64,000 nt of DNA from the human T2T-CHM13v2.0 reference genome, Homo sapiens: the NCBI RefSeq assembly GCF_009914755.1, contig NC_060928.1; one strand, written 5' to 3'. The notes under the pieces are model-generated. The model saw only the letters and a list, made by a program, of their open reading frames with translations, was not told where the DNA came from and made no database searches. A program made the translations under genes and the position numbers. Shown in pieces: positions 40,381 through 55,874 of the stretch. Numbering within the stretch: position 1 is the stretch's first letter; every line of letters begins with the position of its first letter.

Positions 40381-40909
40381 CTGCTTAGAAGTTATAAAGG
40401 GCAAGCACAGAAAGAGAATATTTTAAATTCTAATTATACCTACCTGTAGAGCATTAGAGTAGGTTAATTTCAACTCCAGTCCAAGTTCTGGTCCCAGAAC
40501 AATTTCAATCCAAATGTCAAGGGCTGCCTACATCCTTCTGAGAACATCTTATAAATTCAATATATTGGGGGTTTTTAAGTTGCACATCAATAAAACACAA
40601 AATACGTATAGGTAGCAGAGTCAGCATAGACACTAATCATGTGAATGATTAACATCTTAAGGTTTTCTAATTTACATACAGCCATTCACAGAAAGAGTAT
40701 GAACAGCAATACCGCTAAGGAAACTAATCACAGAAAAAGAGTTCCTCATTACAGTAAATAAAGATCCTGAGTTTTCTTAGTCCATGACACTTCCTTCCAT
40801 TGCAGGGTACATACTGTTCCCTTTTCTAAGGCTTCATAGCTTGAAAAAGCATCCATACCAACCAGGTGACCAAAGAACCCAACTAGAGATTAAGATACTG
40901 CAATTTTGA

Positions 40910-41140
40910 CCTGAAGTCAGGAGTTCGAGACCAGCCTGGCCAACGTGGTGAAACCCAGTCTCTACTAACAATACAAAAATTAGCAGGTGAGGTAGCATGC
41001 ACCTGTAATCACAGCTACTTGGGAGACTGAGGCATGAGAATCACTTGAACTGGGAGATAGAGGTTGCAGTGAGCCAAGATTGTACTACTGCACTCCAGCC
41101 TGGGTGATAGAGTGACATTCTGTCTCAAAAAAAAAAAAAA
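40910..41140 (+). mobile_element. 5'-truncated AluS
   Basis: Starts at CCTGAAGTCAGGAGTTCGAGACC; A tail; TSD AGATACTGCAATTTTGA / AGATACTGTAGTCTTGA. Confidence 0.92.
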
Positions 41141-44100
41141 GAGATACTGTAGTCTTGAACCTCTATCAAAAAGATGTCTGTGTGTTTTCATGCATGTATG
41201 TGTTTGTGTGTGTTGTGTACATATTAAGAGGAAGGGTTAACTTAAATTGTAACATGATCCACAAGGTATACAATCTTAGGTATGTAACCATAGCTAGGAA
41301 AAATACATATATTTAAGAGTGTTTATAAATAATAAATTTTAATTAGCTAAAAATCTTTGTTTACCTTATTATAGGAAAAATATACCAATATTAGTATTTC
41401 AAATATTAGTTGTTCTAATTTACCTGTAAGTATCTGTATTGAAAACAAAATAATAGACAGGAAAATTCAGTAGAACTTGAAAAGCACAAATAGCAGTCAT
41501 CAATGTAGTGAATCATTGAAATCTATCCTTGACTAGTGTGAAATATGTACGAAGAGATATTGGTGTTCTTAGTTTACAAAAACAAATTCATATCCATTTC
41601 TGACTGATGTGTGGTAATATAATTTATAATAATTAATAATACAGCTAGATGTGTTCCTCTTTAAAAATTTAGTTAAAATGTGCAAGCCTACCGATGCTAT
41701 AGAGTGCATTAGCTTTTACTGCCAGACAATACATCACAAGAAAATAAGTCAACCGACTGACTTTTCAGTGCAGACAACAAAAAGCTTTTATAAACACATT
41801 AATGACGGAAATTGTGTTTTTCACTCAGTATGTACTGAAGCATAATGAAGTTAGGTCTCCAAACCAAAATATATTTTCTCTCAGGGAAAAACAATCATTT
41901 AAACAGCCATGGATTTGTTACCTAGTGCCTTGACACTTTAGGATGAGCTCCTTCAAAGCATGCTGATCTTACTTATCTGAAAATAAATAATGCACACAGA
42001 AAAAAAAGTCTCCTGATAAATATTTGCCTTATCAAGTGCTGCAGTGTTTTTGGGTGCTCAGTTTGTGCTTACAGATCAAAATATTTATAAATACAAATCT
42101 TAAAATATTCATAAATTTGTTTTAATGGTGTTTACTTAGAAATCAACAGTGTTCATGACATATATTATAGACTACGTTACTCCTCCCAGATATAAATTGT
42201 AGCATTTGCTATGGTTTTAGCACACAATATTTTGAAAATTTCATAACAATTTGATGTTCTAAAATAATCAATATCTATGTATTCAAGATAGTTATTGTAA
42301 TATTTTCTTATTTCTTGCAATGGAACATAAAAATGAAACAACATAGACTGAGTTAAAATGCATTATTTATTTTACAGAAATAGAAACTAATTTGCACTTC
42401 ACTTAATAAACAAAAGTATCCTTAATATTTATTCAGTGAGAACAAATATACAGCATTCTGAAATCATATAACTTGTGAACATAAAGTCTAAATGATCACA
42501 AATCAAAAACAGAGTGTAGATGCCAAAAAAGATAGGAAAAATTGACTTGAAAATATAATTACTCAAATTATAATATGCTGGCATTATTTTTCTTCTTACA
42601 AATAATTAATACTTTGCCAAAAATTCTCAAAGACTCATTAGACCCTTAAAGTATCATTTTACTAGTGAGAAAGGCAGAAGATATGATACATTATAATTTT
42701 CATTATAACTTCCATTAATTTACTTTATAAAAATTTGGATTTTTTAAAGAAACTAACAAATTTTAGACTTAACTATAAATTTTGAGGGTGCAAATAAGAT
42801 GTGAGAAATGAGATATTTAAATGGTGTAAAATATCCCTGGACAGAATTTCTTGTTACTTAGGCTCCATTCCTTTCTCTAGGGAAACCTACATGGTTAGCT
42901 ATAACCAAATCAATACGTAAAAAAAATTAGGCTAAATTTTTTTTAGACAAAATTGGAATCGATACCCAATGCCTGCTAAAGTAATTTTCTGGCACTTGGG
43001 ACATCTGTTAATTTAATATTAGATTCATTGAGGCTATTGTTTTAACTGTGTCTGGATCACTTCAAAATAATTCTGAATAAATTATTGTATAAGGTAAGGA
43101 AGTTAGCATCTTAATCAGAAAGGTACAGTGCAAGACTCTTAAAGCAGTTTTTGAAAGACGCAATTACATGTCTTCATCCAGGTTGGATAGGCAAAACTGT
43201 AGATTTTACAAACTAAATTTGTGCCTAGGGATTTACTCAATGACATAAGGGATGTTAGAAACAATTGTCTGTTGACGAAGTGAGTTGTCTTTAAGTTATG
43301 AGATTTCCTAGAAAGTTTCAGTTTACAAATAAGAGAATTCAGCAAGCCCTGTAAAAGCCTTCGCTGTGGTATTCTTAGTTCTTGAGTTTCTTTTGGTTGG
43401 GTGTGTCAGAATTTCACCCTCATGAAAGTTTTTTTAGAGTGCTTGAGGACAGAGAACAGGGACCTCCCTGAGCTTACATCAGAAGGTGAAAGAGTGATTT
43501 TTGTTCTTGATTGCTAATTAATGCTTGTTGTTTTGACAGAATTTAATCTAAGTATTATCAGTGCAGTATGTCACCTCCTAGCAAAATATGCAAAAGGAGA
43601 AATATAGCCTTTACCTATTTCTAATTCTGGGGCATACTGACTTTCTTCACAAGAACTGGCAATTCTAAGCCTTGTTTAAAGCAGTTTTCAACAGGCCCCA
43701 AAGCAGCACCAATGTATAAGTTTTGTATATAATGAAGCTCATATGACTTAAAAAAAAAAAACATAAACAGAATATGTATGACACCGGAAAAGTGAGGATG
43801 CATTTTCCCTCATGTATGAAAGGTAATATTGGATTATTGAATGAGTGGCTGAGCTAGATTAGAGAGTATAAATTTATGCTTAATCGAATTTAGAAATTCA
43901 TAGGCATTAAGAGGAAGCAGGAAACTTTAGTAGGTGGAGCTATGAACCTATCGTTCCATATTTCAGCAAAAGCAGCTTCCCATACAGTGGAATCCCATCA
44001 CAAACTGTGTTTAACTTATTTAAAGTTATATTTTAGTCAGTGCGCACATATCCAGAGTGAGATGGAAAATATTAAAAGGTTGTTTTTCTAAGTATTCATG

Positions 44101-44976
44101 TACTAATTTTTCCTGTGGGCATTTTATAGTACTGAGTATGATTTTACAATTTGAAGAAATACATTTTCACATGGCCTCTGTATTCATGCCAACCCATTAA
44201 TGCACAATGGAAGAAATAACAAACTATCCAATTATGTAGAACAATTGATTATGTTGTTTATTAAGAAATGTATTGATCTGAAAAGCAGATCTATTAATGG
44301 ATTTTTAGGATAATTTTGATTATTGTATCAGACCAAACTTGAAGCCATACCCAATCCTAAGATTAATACATATTCCATTTCTCTTGTCAAATACAAAACA
44401 AGCTCTAGGCTTAGGTAAGGATAAATTATACACAAAAGAATAGAAGCAATGGGTGGGGAAGGAACTATCATAATAGAGAAAATGCAATGAAGATGAGATC
44501 TGCAATATTCCCAGTGGAAAGGCAGAAAAAAAGATTTTCTTTTGAAAAGGAGTAAAAAAGACTGGAAAAAAGACACATTTGGAGAAGTAGGATAAATAGT
44601 GATAGATGGGATAGCTGATCAGAGAATAATTTTCCCTGGAATCAGCCTGTTTTTGGAGAAGTCAGTAAGGTACTATAGTATGTTGGGTCAGATAAGAATG
44701 AATCAAAACTAAGAGTTCTGTTTGAGGAGATATACTTAATAAATGTCTGGTTAGCAAGCATTTTGCTACAAGTGATCAGTGAAGGCAAAATAGTTCAGTT
44801 CTTCATGTACCAGGTAAACAGTAAGAATTTGGAGGTCTGTGTCTGGATTTGTCATAGGTAACCAAGGGAGCGTTCATGGGTCTTACCTAAGTCATAAAGA
44901 AATTGGGGGTGTATTTGTATTAAGCCTTGTTTTTTAACACAAAAGCTTTGGGGAAAATTGTATTACCCTTCACTGA

Positions 44977-46214
<1,238 letters not shown>

Positions 46215-48601
46215 ACAAGGCAACCTAAAGTTTCAATTAGGATCTGAAAAGTCAGGTTTTAGTTTTTGTCATCAAGTCAAGAGGGAGAAAGAAAAATTAT
46301 ATATGTTTGTTTGGAGGGTGGTAGTCAGATATTGAGAGAAAGTAGAAGAATTGAAGTTTGAGTAAGAATAGACAATGTGTGCAAGATGACAAGATTCAGT
46401 CTAATTTACACTTAAGTTATAAAACTGTTTTCTTTTTTCCCCCACCTATTCATCAGTTAACTGGAAAATTGCAAGAGGGGCAAAATATCTCAAAGACAAT
46501 GAACAGGGCCACGATTTGATAATCTGCTAGAGTATGCTATAGTTTTCCATTAAAACACAAAATTCCTCCCTGTAGTCTCCCACTATTTTGATCAAAGGTA
46601 GTACCAAAGAAAGATTATTCTTTCTCACAGAATAAGTCTGATCTTACTATATTTGGCCTTATTGTTTAAATAAGTAGAATAATAAGAGTAATTTAACATA
46701 TGGACGTTTTACATTTTACTTTGTTGGAAGTTTTCATGGATAAGCTCAGAAAAAAAACCTTTTTTCTCAATGGCTTAAAATAATCATAAAATCTCTAACT
46801 AAGCCTGCCAAAATGTTACTTGCTTACTTATCTATAATGCTGGAAGGCATGTAAGTTCAGGTGCTAGGTCAGTTTTTCCCAGAAGGCTTGGTAAGTGTTG
46901 ACTCCAGAAAGCCATTCTGGGTTTCTTAAAGTGTCTAGTCATATCTGAATCAAGTATCATTCGCAAATAAGAGATTCCATTCAAAGCCTTGGTTGCATAA
47001 CTAAGGTTTCCAATTATGTTCAGTTAACAAGAAAACTAGATTCTTTCCCAACATATTCAAATAATTATATTGCCATGTAAATAAGAATATAAGAGATTCT
47101 AAATTGTGGAAGAAGCAGACAGAGGGAGAACATAAATGTTTCACTTCATTTACGAAAGCATAGTAGACTAAATTATTATGTGTTGCAGATGGCTCAAGAG
47201 AAAAGACAAAGAGACTCCTTATATCCAAAAAAATGAACATGAAAGCGTCAGTAGTATTTCAAACAAAATTCATAATTATCTCTCATTTGTTTATTCAATT
47301 GACTCTTTTTCCACTCCATCTTGGGCTATCAGTCTAATGAATCCACCAGCTTTTCAACTAGAACTCTGAAAATCCTGACTCCATCTAGTTGTAGAGTCTC
47401 AAAGTTACTTAAGCATTGCCATCAAGAAGCCTGGGCCTGAGCGTACCTGGCATGCTCTTTACCTGGATCCCTGAGATGGCATTTTTTTTTAAATTTTATT
47501 TTGAAGATGCATCACAATGGCCTATTATTGGTTGTCAGCACATTCAGGAAAGGATTAGAGTAAAACAAATCAAAACAAAAACTATCTCTATATTACTAAA
47601 GAATTCAAAGAGCTAAATAACTTATTACAAAGTAAGGCAATAGACAAAAACATTTGTTTGCTTCTGTGATGTGCAACATTTTAAAACGTAACAGAAATTA
47701 TGACTGAAGCATTGTACTACAGGGGTCTAATATCAGGCAAAGCAGCATTAAGATTCTGATAAATAAAAACACATAATGGGCAACAAGGACATTGTCAAAT
47801 CTCTAGGAACTTTATACAATTTCTGAAATACTTATAATACCAATATTTTACCTGTACAAATTTTACCTAGAAAAGGTTAAGCATCTCTTCTGGTGTGACA
47901 AAGCTTCCCATGCATCTCATAATATATTAAATAAATCTAATTATTTTTAACACTTCTTGTTTTGCAAAGTGAAAGAAAAAATGATTTGTGGTTTTGCAGG
48001 GCTCCTGTAGGAAATCTCAAAGACAGTTTTAAGTGCAAAGAATATCATTTGAAATTCTATTTCGGAAAGGTAAAATGTCAAAAGTTGTGAAACGGGATTA
48101 CCAAAGTGACAATAACAAATTTTAAAAATAAATAGGAGGTAACATAATTGAAAATATAAATACTTATTTTTAAAATTGCAGATACTTTGTTCTCTTAAAT
48201 AATCAAGGACATGATAAGTCAACATAAAGCACAAGAAATTAGTTTGGTAAGACACAGAATCTTTGCCTTCCAGGAAGATTACTCAGAAGGTAAAGAAAAA
48301 CCTACTTCATACTAAATTTTGTTTTAAATTTTTTATAAACAAACCTATCAAACCTCAGCCATCTTTGACCATGGCAAATGAAATTCTCTTTCTGCAAATC
48401 ATCTACCACTCTCCATATCCACTCAGTTATTGTTCTATACATTCCTCTTTTTCATTCCAGAGTTAACAGTTATTTAGCTAGAAAAATTACACTTTTTCCT
48501 TATCAAAGACACATCCTGCGTAACTTATGTACTTAATTTAACGTAAGTCTAAGCCCTTAAGTTGCTAAAACCTCTTGGAAACTATCTCTAAGCTGACATA
48601 C

Positions 48602-49224
48602 TGTAAGCAAAAGCAAGCTTGGCTGCTGCCACTTGTAAAGCCAATAAACAAGGAGGAAGTACACTGGAAGGCAAGTGACCTCATTGCGGAGCTAGCAGTG
48701 AGGAAATGGCAAAGGCTACTATCTTAAAGAAACTGTTTTATACTTGAGGCTGAAGAGGGGCTTACAAAGGCAACTTGGAATGGGAGGCATGTAGGAATGG
48801 TGCTGGGTGCCAGTCTCTATGTTGCCGTGGCTATTTTGAGTCATGATTAAGACTCAAACCCAGAACACAGGCTAGTATCATCTCAACAATGGCTGGGTTA
48901 CCTGGAATTTTGCAACTGGGTCTCCATGCTTAGTCTGTCTCAAAATTAGCCCCTGGAACTTCTAAGCAAGCACATAGTTAAGTGTGTATGGTATAAATTT
49001 AACAAGCGTATAGTTAGATAATGTGCATGACGTGAGGGAGTGTATGGTGGGAAAGGGAAAGACATGGAGTTTCAAAGTACGCTTCAAGGCTGTATTTTAA
49101 GACTAAGAAGGAAAAAAGGTTTCTGCAGTTTGCTTCAAGGTTATATCTTGAAAGTAGGGTGGAAGGAGAAATAAGATAGAAGAAAAAAATTAAATGCGTT
49201 TTGAAGCTAAACTGCTTGGTTACG
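48602..49224 (-). mobile_element. Solo ERV1 LTR (LTR24/LTR29/MER49-like)
   Basis: Reverse complement begins GTAACCAAGCAGTTTAGCTTCAAAACGCATTT...TTCAAGATATAACCTTGAAGCAAACTGCAGAA; flanks ATAC/ATAG. Confidence 0.7.
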
Positions 49225-50604
49225 ATAGTATAATATATAATTACTATTGAAATAAAATGTCAAAATAAGTTTACTTTTATTACTTTCTGAAATTTTCAGA
49301 ATACTTTTATAAGTATTTGATTATGTCTAAACAAATCATAATAAAACTCTTTGAGGCATTGTATAATTGAATTTGTTAATGCCATCTGAAGGCAGAAAAA
49401 TACTAAATATGTATATATATGTACACACATAAAGAGCTTATAGCTTCAATTCTAAAAATTTGTATTTCTGTCTTTATGATGTTTCAGTCATAAACACAGA
49501 AATACATAATCACTGGTTTATGTAAAAAACTGACTCTTGTCCTTTCACCATCTTTATATTTTTTACCAGAAATGTTTTTCGGAAGCATGTGACAAATTGA
49601 CTTTACCTGCTCTCCCCAATTGGCCATGATGTATAATCTTATGGAATACATGAATTAAATTTCAGACAAGGGACTGAAGAGAGACCAGCTGGCCATCTGC
49701 GTGTCTCCAAAGCCCACCTAAGTGAACAAAATATCTAGACTCTTTCCAACTGGCTTTATCAGCCTCTGGTGGTTGCTTTTGGGATTATCTAATCCCCCAA
49801 GAGACCCTCACAGGGAAGAGGACTTAAACCCAAATGATTATAGGGAATTGAGGAACTAGAGTAGGTAGAGAAAGACCTGGCAAAGGTGGATAGAGTGGTG
49901 GAGGAGGTAGAAGTAGGTGTTGAAAAGGGCCAGATCAACGGACTCAGAGGGACTCGTGGAAAGGTGGCAGATGGAGTAAAGGAGGAAGAAGAAGCTAGAG
50001 GGCTGGGGCTGTTAGATGAGCCAGTTCAAGGAGATCCCAAGTTTACCAAAGGGGCTATTTTAGTCCTAATTTGTCTTTTGTAAATAATTCACCATTTCTG
50101 AAGACATTTAACTGAATTAGTGCTGTAAAGCAAATATAGTCAGAGCAAAAGCATATGATAGCAAAGCATATAGTCAGTGGGAGAAGGTGCCTGAAAGAGA
50201 ATTACTGAAGGGATTAACAGATAGTTAAATCAAAGGGATGGGGAAACTTTAAAGCTGGGGAGGAATCCCACTTGGTTATTTCCTCACAGGATCCCCAGAT
50301 CCAAGAGCCAAGGAACCCCTCTGAAAATCGTGGGGTCAAAGGAGAGATTCCCCTGCATGCCCCCAGGTGTGAGAAGCCAGAGAAAATCAGAAGAGGCCTC
50401 ACGTAAGGGACAACGAGAATAACCAGTTTGCTTGAAAAAATTAAAGTAATTCCTTTGTAACAGAAAAGATGCCTGTAGCATTGCTTTCAGAGTTGATCTC
50501 ATTAAAAGATCCTCAAATAGTCTAGCAGGAAAGGAGTTCAAAGGTCAGACAGGGCACCATAATCAGTATGAGGTGGTGAGGTCCAGTGGTGAGCCCCAAT
50601 CTTA

Positions 50605-50622
50605 ATCTGAGTCTCAGCACCA
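50605..50622 (-). other. Primer binding site, tRNA-His-like
   Basis: Reverse complement TGGTGCTGAGACTCAGAT against the tRNA-His PBS TGGTGCCGTGACTCGGAT (15/18; two of the changes are CpG decay). Confidence 0.7.
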
Positions 50623-50627
50623 AAAAC

Positions 50628-51002
50628 TATAGGATAAAAGTCAGACTCTAGACCTGACTCTTGCAACAGAGAAAAAAAAAACCTATTGTAAGTAATAGGG
50701 AGAATGTTTTGACTGAGAGATCTGCCAGCCTTGAAAAGGTTAGACAAAAAGGAGCTTTTGTTTTGTAAAGAAGAATAATAAGACTAGGAAACCAGATTGG
50801 GGAAGTGGTACAAACAAGGGTGGAAAAATCAGATGGGAGGTCAGTGAAGATAATACACTGAGACAGCCTATTTTGGGAAAGGGTATTAAAGATGGGTTGT
50901 GTGCAGGTTCAGGCTGTGTTGGATCAAAATGCAGGGGCATGAGGGAAGAAGAGAATTTAAACCAAAGTTTAGTTGATCAGTGGGGCCAAACCGTTCAGTT
51001 CA
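50628..51002 (-). mobile_element. Probable 5' LTR of the minus-strand ERV1
   Basis: Lies 5 nt upstream of the PBS; reverse complement begins TGAACTGAAC...CAACTAAACTTT, MER31/MER67-like. Confidence 0.55.
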
Positions 51003-51037
51003 ATTCTTCACTCATTATTCTAAAAATGGGAATTTGG

Positions 51038-51044
51038 TGTGTGT

Positions 51045-51084
<40 letters not shown>
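51038..51084. repeat. (TG)n microsatellite
   Basis: TG run with one interruption. Confidence 0.95.
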
Positions 51085-51085
<1 letters not shown>

Positions 51086-54000
51086 TGGCTTTGTCATAGG
51101 TAAACAAAATGGGCATCCGTGAGTCTTACCTAAGTAATATGGAAAAGAGAGTTTCCTTACCGTCTGTAAACCTTGACCAAGAACACAAAAAAGGTGGGAG
51201 AGTTTTATTAACCTTCATTATTTTCTAGGATCACAAGTCTTAGTAAAGTTCAACATTGTCACCCTCAATCCTATCACCACAGATGCTGTTGCTACTGAGC
51301 CACCTGCATTGGTTTTCTTTTCTCTGTCAAGCAGTGAACCTTACATGTCTATTAGAAAAAGAGAGATAAAATGGGCACTTAAGCTATTAAAGAATGTCCT
51401 GGTTTTACCAAGAGACAGGTACATCTTAAGGAAATTCCTTTCCTTTAAATCTTACTACCTGCAATCCAATTTACTGAGGTTAAATTCAAGAAAAACAGTT
51501 TCCTCATTAATATGTCCTGCCTTATGCCATATGGATTATGGACTTAACAGGCATTTGAGGGAAGATGGGTGGTATAACTTGGAGATGAAATCAATAGCAT
51601 GGACACAGACTAGAGAGCATAAACAGATGGTTTGCACATTTAAATTTGCTATGGAAGTATCACAGTTCCTGCCAACAAAGTCAGGTCACATTCCAGAATA
51701 TCAGCTAACAATCAAGAGAAAAGGCTAAATCTGAGAAGGTAAGACAGAGTCACACCTAATTTTGTTATAGAGCATGGCAGATACAGGATCAATACATTTT
51801 AATATAATGAGATGCTAAGTGCTTACCATTTGCAAGAAATTCTTAGGCCATTGGAAGGTGAAGTTAAAGTCCAGATTTTTAAACTGAGGATGAAACCATA
51901 CATAAAAATGTAATTTAAGGATATAGGCAAGCATTTCAGTTAAGGTCAAACTTGTACACAAAAAAGTAGATGGGAGCCAAGTAACTGACATGAGGAGTGT
52001 GATGGGGGTTGAAGATTTGGAATAGATTGAAACACAGCTACAGAGGGCAAAGAATGATTATGGTCAAGACAATTGTTTGTGTTCTCTTTTTCATTGTTAA
52101 TAATGATTTTACTACTCTCTAGAGAGAGCAAAGGTTTTTAGTGAATCTTAATTATAGAGAAGTCAGAACAGTCTGGGGGGATATTGGGAGATACCAAACT
52201 TTTGTTATTGCAAATTATTTAAATCTTTGCTTTTTAATCTTTCAGACACTTAATCTTATATTTTCAAGTAAAAGAAAGTTGCATGATGATTTATCATACA
52301 ATATCAAGAATTTTTTTAGTGTAATAAGTGTTAACCAAAAGGATATTGGTTTGATTTGCTTGTCTCTTCTTAATAAGAAGTGTATGACTCCATTTTTTTC
52401 CCATAAGAAAAAGGTCTGTCACCTGAACAATATGAAAGTTCCATTCTCCATAGTAATGCTGTAAAGTTTAAAATGTAAGGACAATCCTTGATTACATTTC
52501 TAAATATGCCATATCTTATTGGTCTTTTTCTCTCTCTGTCTCTCTAATCCCAGCAATAAAATTTACAAGGTAAATTTAACATACATTTAGCAAGCATCTC
52601 TACCTGTCATGCATTATTAAGCACAGTTAAATAAAGATAAGATGAGAGAAAAAGGACATGATCTTGCACTCTATCATGTAGCATTGTGTTCTTTCTACTT
52701 GACTTTCTCAAAGTATATACCTTCCTCACAACCAAAAAATGTCCATCTATCAGAAAACGTTTTTCTATTTTTATTATGGCAATGTATTTGTATTTAAAAA
52801 TAATGCTACTGGACCAGACTTTGTAATGTTTTGCAAAAAATGTAATTTAATATATTACTTTAAAAGGGCAAGTGATGGCCAGAATAAGTTAGGGAGAGAG
52901 TAGTAAAAGCCTAATGCATTCTCATCTATTCTGTGCCTGAGGAAAAACAAGTCCAGTTCCCATTCCCACATTTTCTGGCAGTTAATATAAGTAGTCATGG
53001 CACTGCTTGTCTACCACCTGCTGGAGAACAGGAGGAATCAAAGGAAGGGGCTGGGTTATGGGTTCCAAAGCACACCCAGGAGACTATGGGACTACTGTTG
53101 TCATGTGCAGGAGGCACTACTCCATTGGAGACATGGGGCCTTAAGCAGAAGATTATTTAAATCCCAAATCATAAACAAAATTGTTGGAAATGGAAAAGCC
53201 CAATAAGCTGAAAGGCTGAGTTAACCTGCCTACTGGAGTGCGGAATGTGGACACTTTTTGCAAAAGCAGTGAGGTCTGGGCTTTATGTCAATGTGATAAA
53301 TTTTACTTCCCTTTATGTATCTTTATCAAAACCTTCCCCCAGATAAATTGTAAATCAATTGACCAAGGTAATTTACTTATTCTCAGCCGGATGTTTGCGT
53401 CTTGTAATTTTGCTTCCAGAAAAGGACACAGCCTGCCTGTGGTTTCCTAACCATTTGGCAGGCAGGAGAAAAACATCAGGTCAGTGGCCAATAACGCAGT
53501 TGCAACAGTAAATATAGGGCAGCACTTTAGAGGAGGCAGGAAAAAAGATGAGGAGCTTTACCCTCCCTGTGGGGAAAAAAACGTTGCTGGATTGGCAGGA
53601 CTTTCTCTGAGGATTAATAGAATTTGCTCCGGTGACAAGCAGGTCACAGTAATTATTCCCACCTCTTTGTAGCTTTTCAATTGCCATTACCTTCCTGTGG
53701 CAGCTTATGGAGAATAGTTGGTGTAAAAATTAAGGGCACTGATTATTATAATTAGATAAATATAGGGATAACAATTTTATTCAATTAAGGGTTTTGGCAA
53801 AGTGACCTAAACTAAGCCACAAAGAGAATCAACCCACAACACCATATTACACAAATGTCTGAATTTGCATTCAGAAAGATGGAACGTAGTCATTTTGGTC
53901 AAATCAGAATTCTCCAGAGGCAAAGTAAGAATCAGTGCCCATGAAAGTAAGTACAGCAAGAGGTGATGATAATTTCAAATGGCAAGCAAAGGGATCTGAA

Positions 54001-54839
54001 ACTTTGTATTCTTAATTTCCATCTTCTTAAGTCTGATATCACTTTCGTTAAAAAAGGCAATTTAGTTAGAAAGCACTGACATATCCCTAGAATTTGACAT
54101 TTTTCCTGGATTCAAAAAGGCTCACAAAACATATTTTAATGAATGGATGAATTATGTAATAGGAGAATAAATGAATGTATAAGTGTATATAAGCAATAAG
54201 TAATTGAAGTCTTAAGGGTTCTCTTGAAAATCTTGTAGTATCAGTAAGGGATTCCATCAAATTAAGCCTAGAAATCACATTAGTAGGTGTTGTTTTTCTA
54301 ATGATTTACTTTGAGTGAAAAAATGAAACATTAACACATAGTCACTACATGAAACATATGACTGCATTGCCCTTTTATCTAAATTGAAGAAAATGCTCTA
54401 AGGAAGAGACAAACAATTTTTTTCAATTCTGCGCATCTATGTAAGCCTTCTTCCTATTCTTAGTTCTCTTTATTCCCACTTGCTCACTTTCTAGCTTAGT
54501 CTACTTACTTTTCCTCTTCTGTCATTTTTCTCCTCTCCCTCTTCATATTCCATCTCTCTCCATTTCATTCAGAGCTTTATCAAAAGATCTCCATAGACAA
54601 GAAGATATATCATTTTACTCACTTACCCTTCAAATAACCATGACATCTAAACTACTTGTTATGCTGTCTGTTTGGCCTGACATCTCTTCCTGCTATGCTT
54701 CTTTTTTTCTCCTTGGTCATGCCTTCTCATGTTAGAGAGCATGGCAAAATTATTTTATCTAACCAGTGTTCCCCAGTACCAGAAGAGTGAATTGATCATT
54801 CCCTTCATTTAAACTTTTGCCGTATAACGAACATCTCTA

Positions 54840-54990
54840 TTCTACCACATATCACCTATCACTGATATTTCTTTCTGTGCTGCTTTCAGATTGTAACTTC
54901 AGGAGATTAATGGTCATAGCACATCGCTGTTAGTATCCATAGTTCCTGGCACACTGTAGGTGCTCAATACTTGAAAACATGAATGAAAAC
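54840..54990 (+). mobile_element. L2 3' end
   Basis: GTTCCTGGCACACTGTAGGTGCTCAATAC...ATGAATGAA. Confidence 0.6.
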
Positions 54991-55233
54991 AGAAGGGAAT
55001 GGAGAGAGTACAGAGTTGGTGGATATACATATTTTACAGTCATATTTGCTTACTCAAAAATATAAAGGCATCACTGTTTTTATAACATTAAATTAATTAA
55101 AATTAGAAGTTGAATGCATTTTTTAAACTCTAATTAAATATGAGTAATTTTCTAAAATTCAAGTGAGACTAAAATACAAACATGGCATCTTTTCATGTCA
55201 TACTTCTAACTTGCTCAACTTATAAATAAATGA

Positions 55234-55266
<33 letters not shown>

Positions 55267-55275
55267 CATATATAC
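55234..55275. repeat. (CA)n(TA)n compound microsatellite
   Basis: Directly visible. Confidence 0.9.
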
Positions 55276-55874
55276 GGCATTGAAATCTACTTATGAAAAG
55301 CTACATAGAAACTGAAATAACACTTTCATTCTATTAAGTAAATATGTGTCTGTAATGTCATTGGTTAAGTTGAATTCTGAATGGAATTTATATCAGTGCT
55401 TAGCATTATGCTTTTTCTCCTATTCATTTCATCCTTTCTTATATTTTCTGGAGCCATTTTATTCACTGCCAGTGCATCTGATTGGACTGCAAAACATGAA
55501 ATGTGTGGCTTCAAAACACAGCTGGAGCCAATGTCATTCTTTAGCCAGCTGGCATGAGCCATCATTGTAGAAAGCAGCTGACTTCTGTTTTGATAGAGTA
55601 AGCATTCCAATGTGTGCTGCTTGTAATTCACTCACCATCCAACAAACAAATTAGTTTAGAAAAGAAATATATCAGCCATTGAGAGGAATGAGATTGATTG
55701 ATAAAAGGGTCTATCACTCCCTCCTACTTATGGTACACAGTGTACTTCCGAGGCTTTTAGCAAAGTAGTTTGTACCAATTGCAGTGTTTTCATCCCCACA
55801 GCAAGAACCAGTGTGAAAAAACACTTGAAATTTTTCATGGCTCAAGGACAAAAAGAGCAGAGAACAACTTGGAC

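Noticed and set aside
51309-51728. 139-aa ORF in non-repeat-looking DNA
   Set aside because: Non-ATG start, no recognisable domain or exon context
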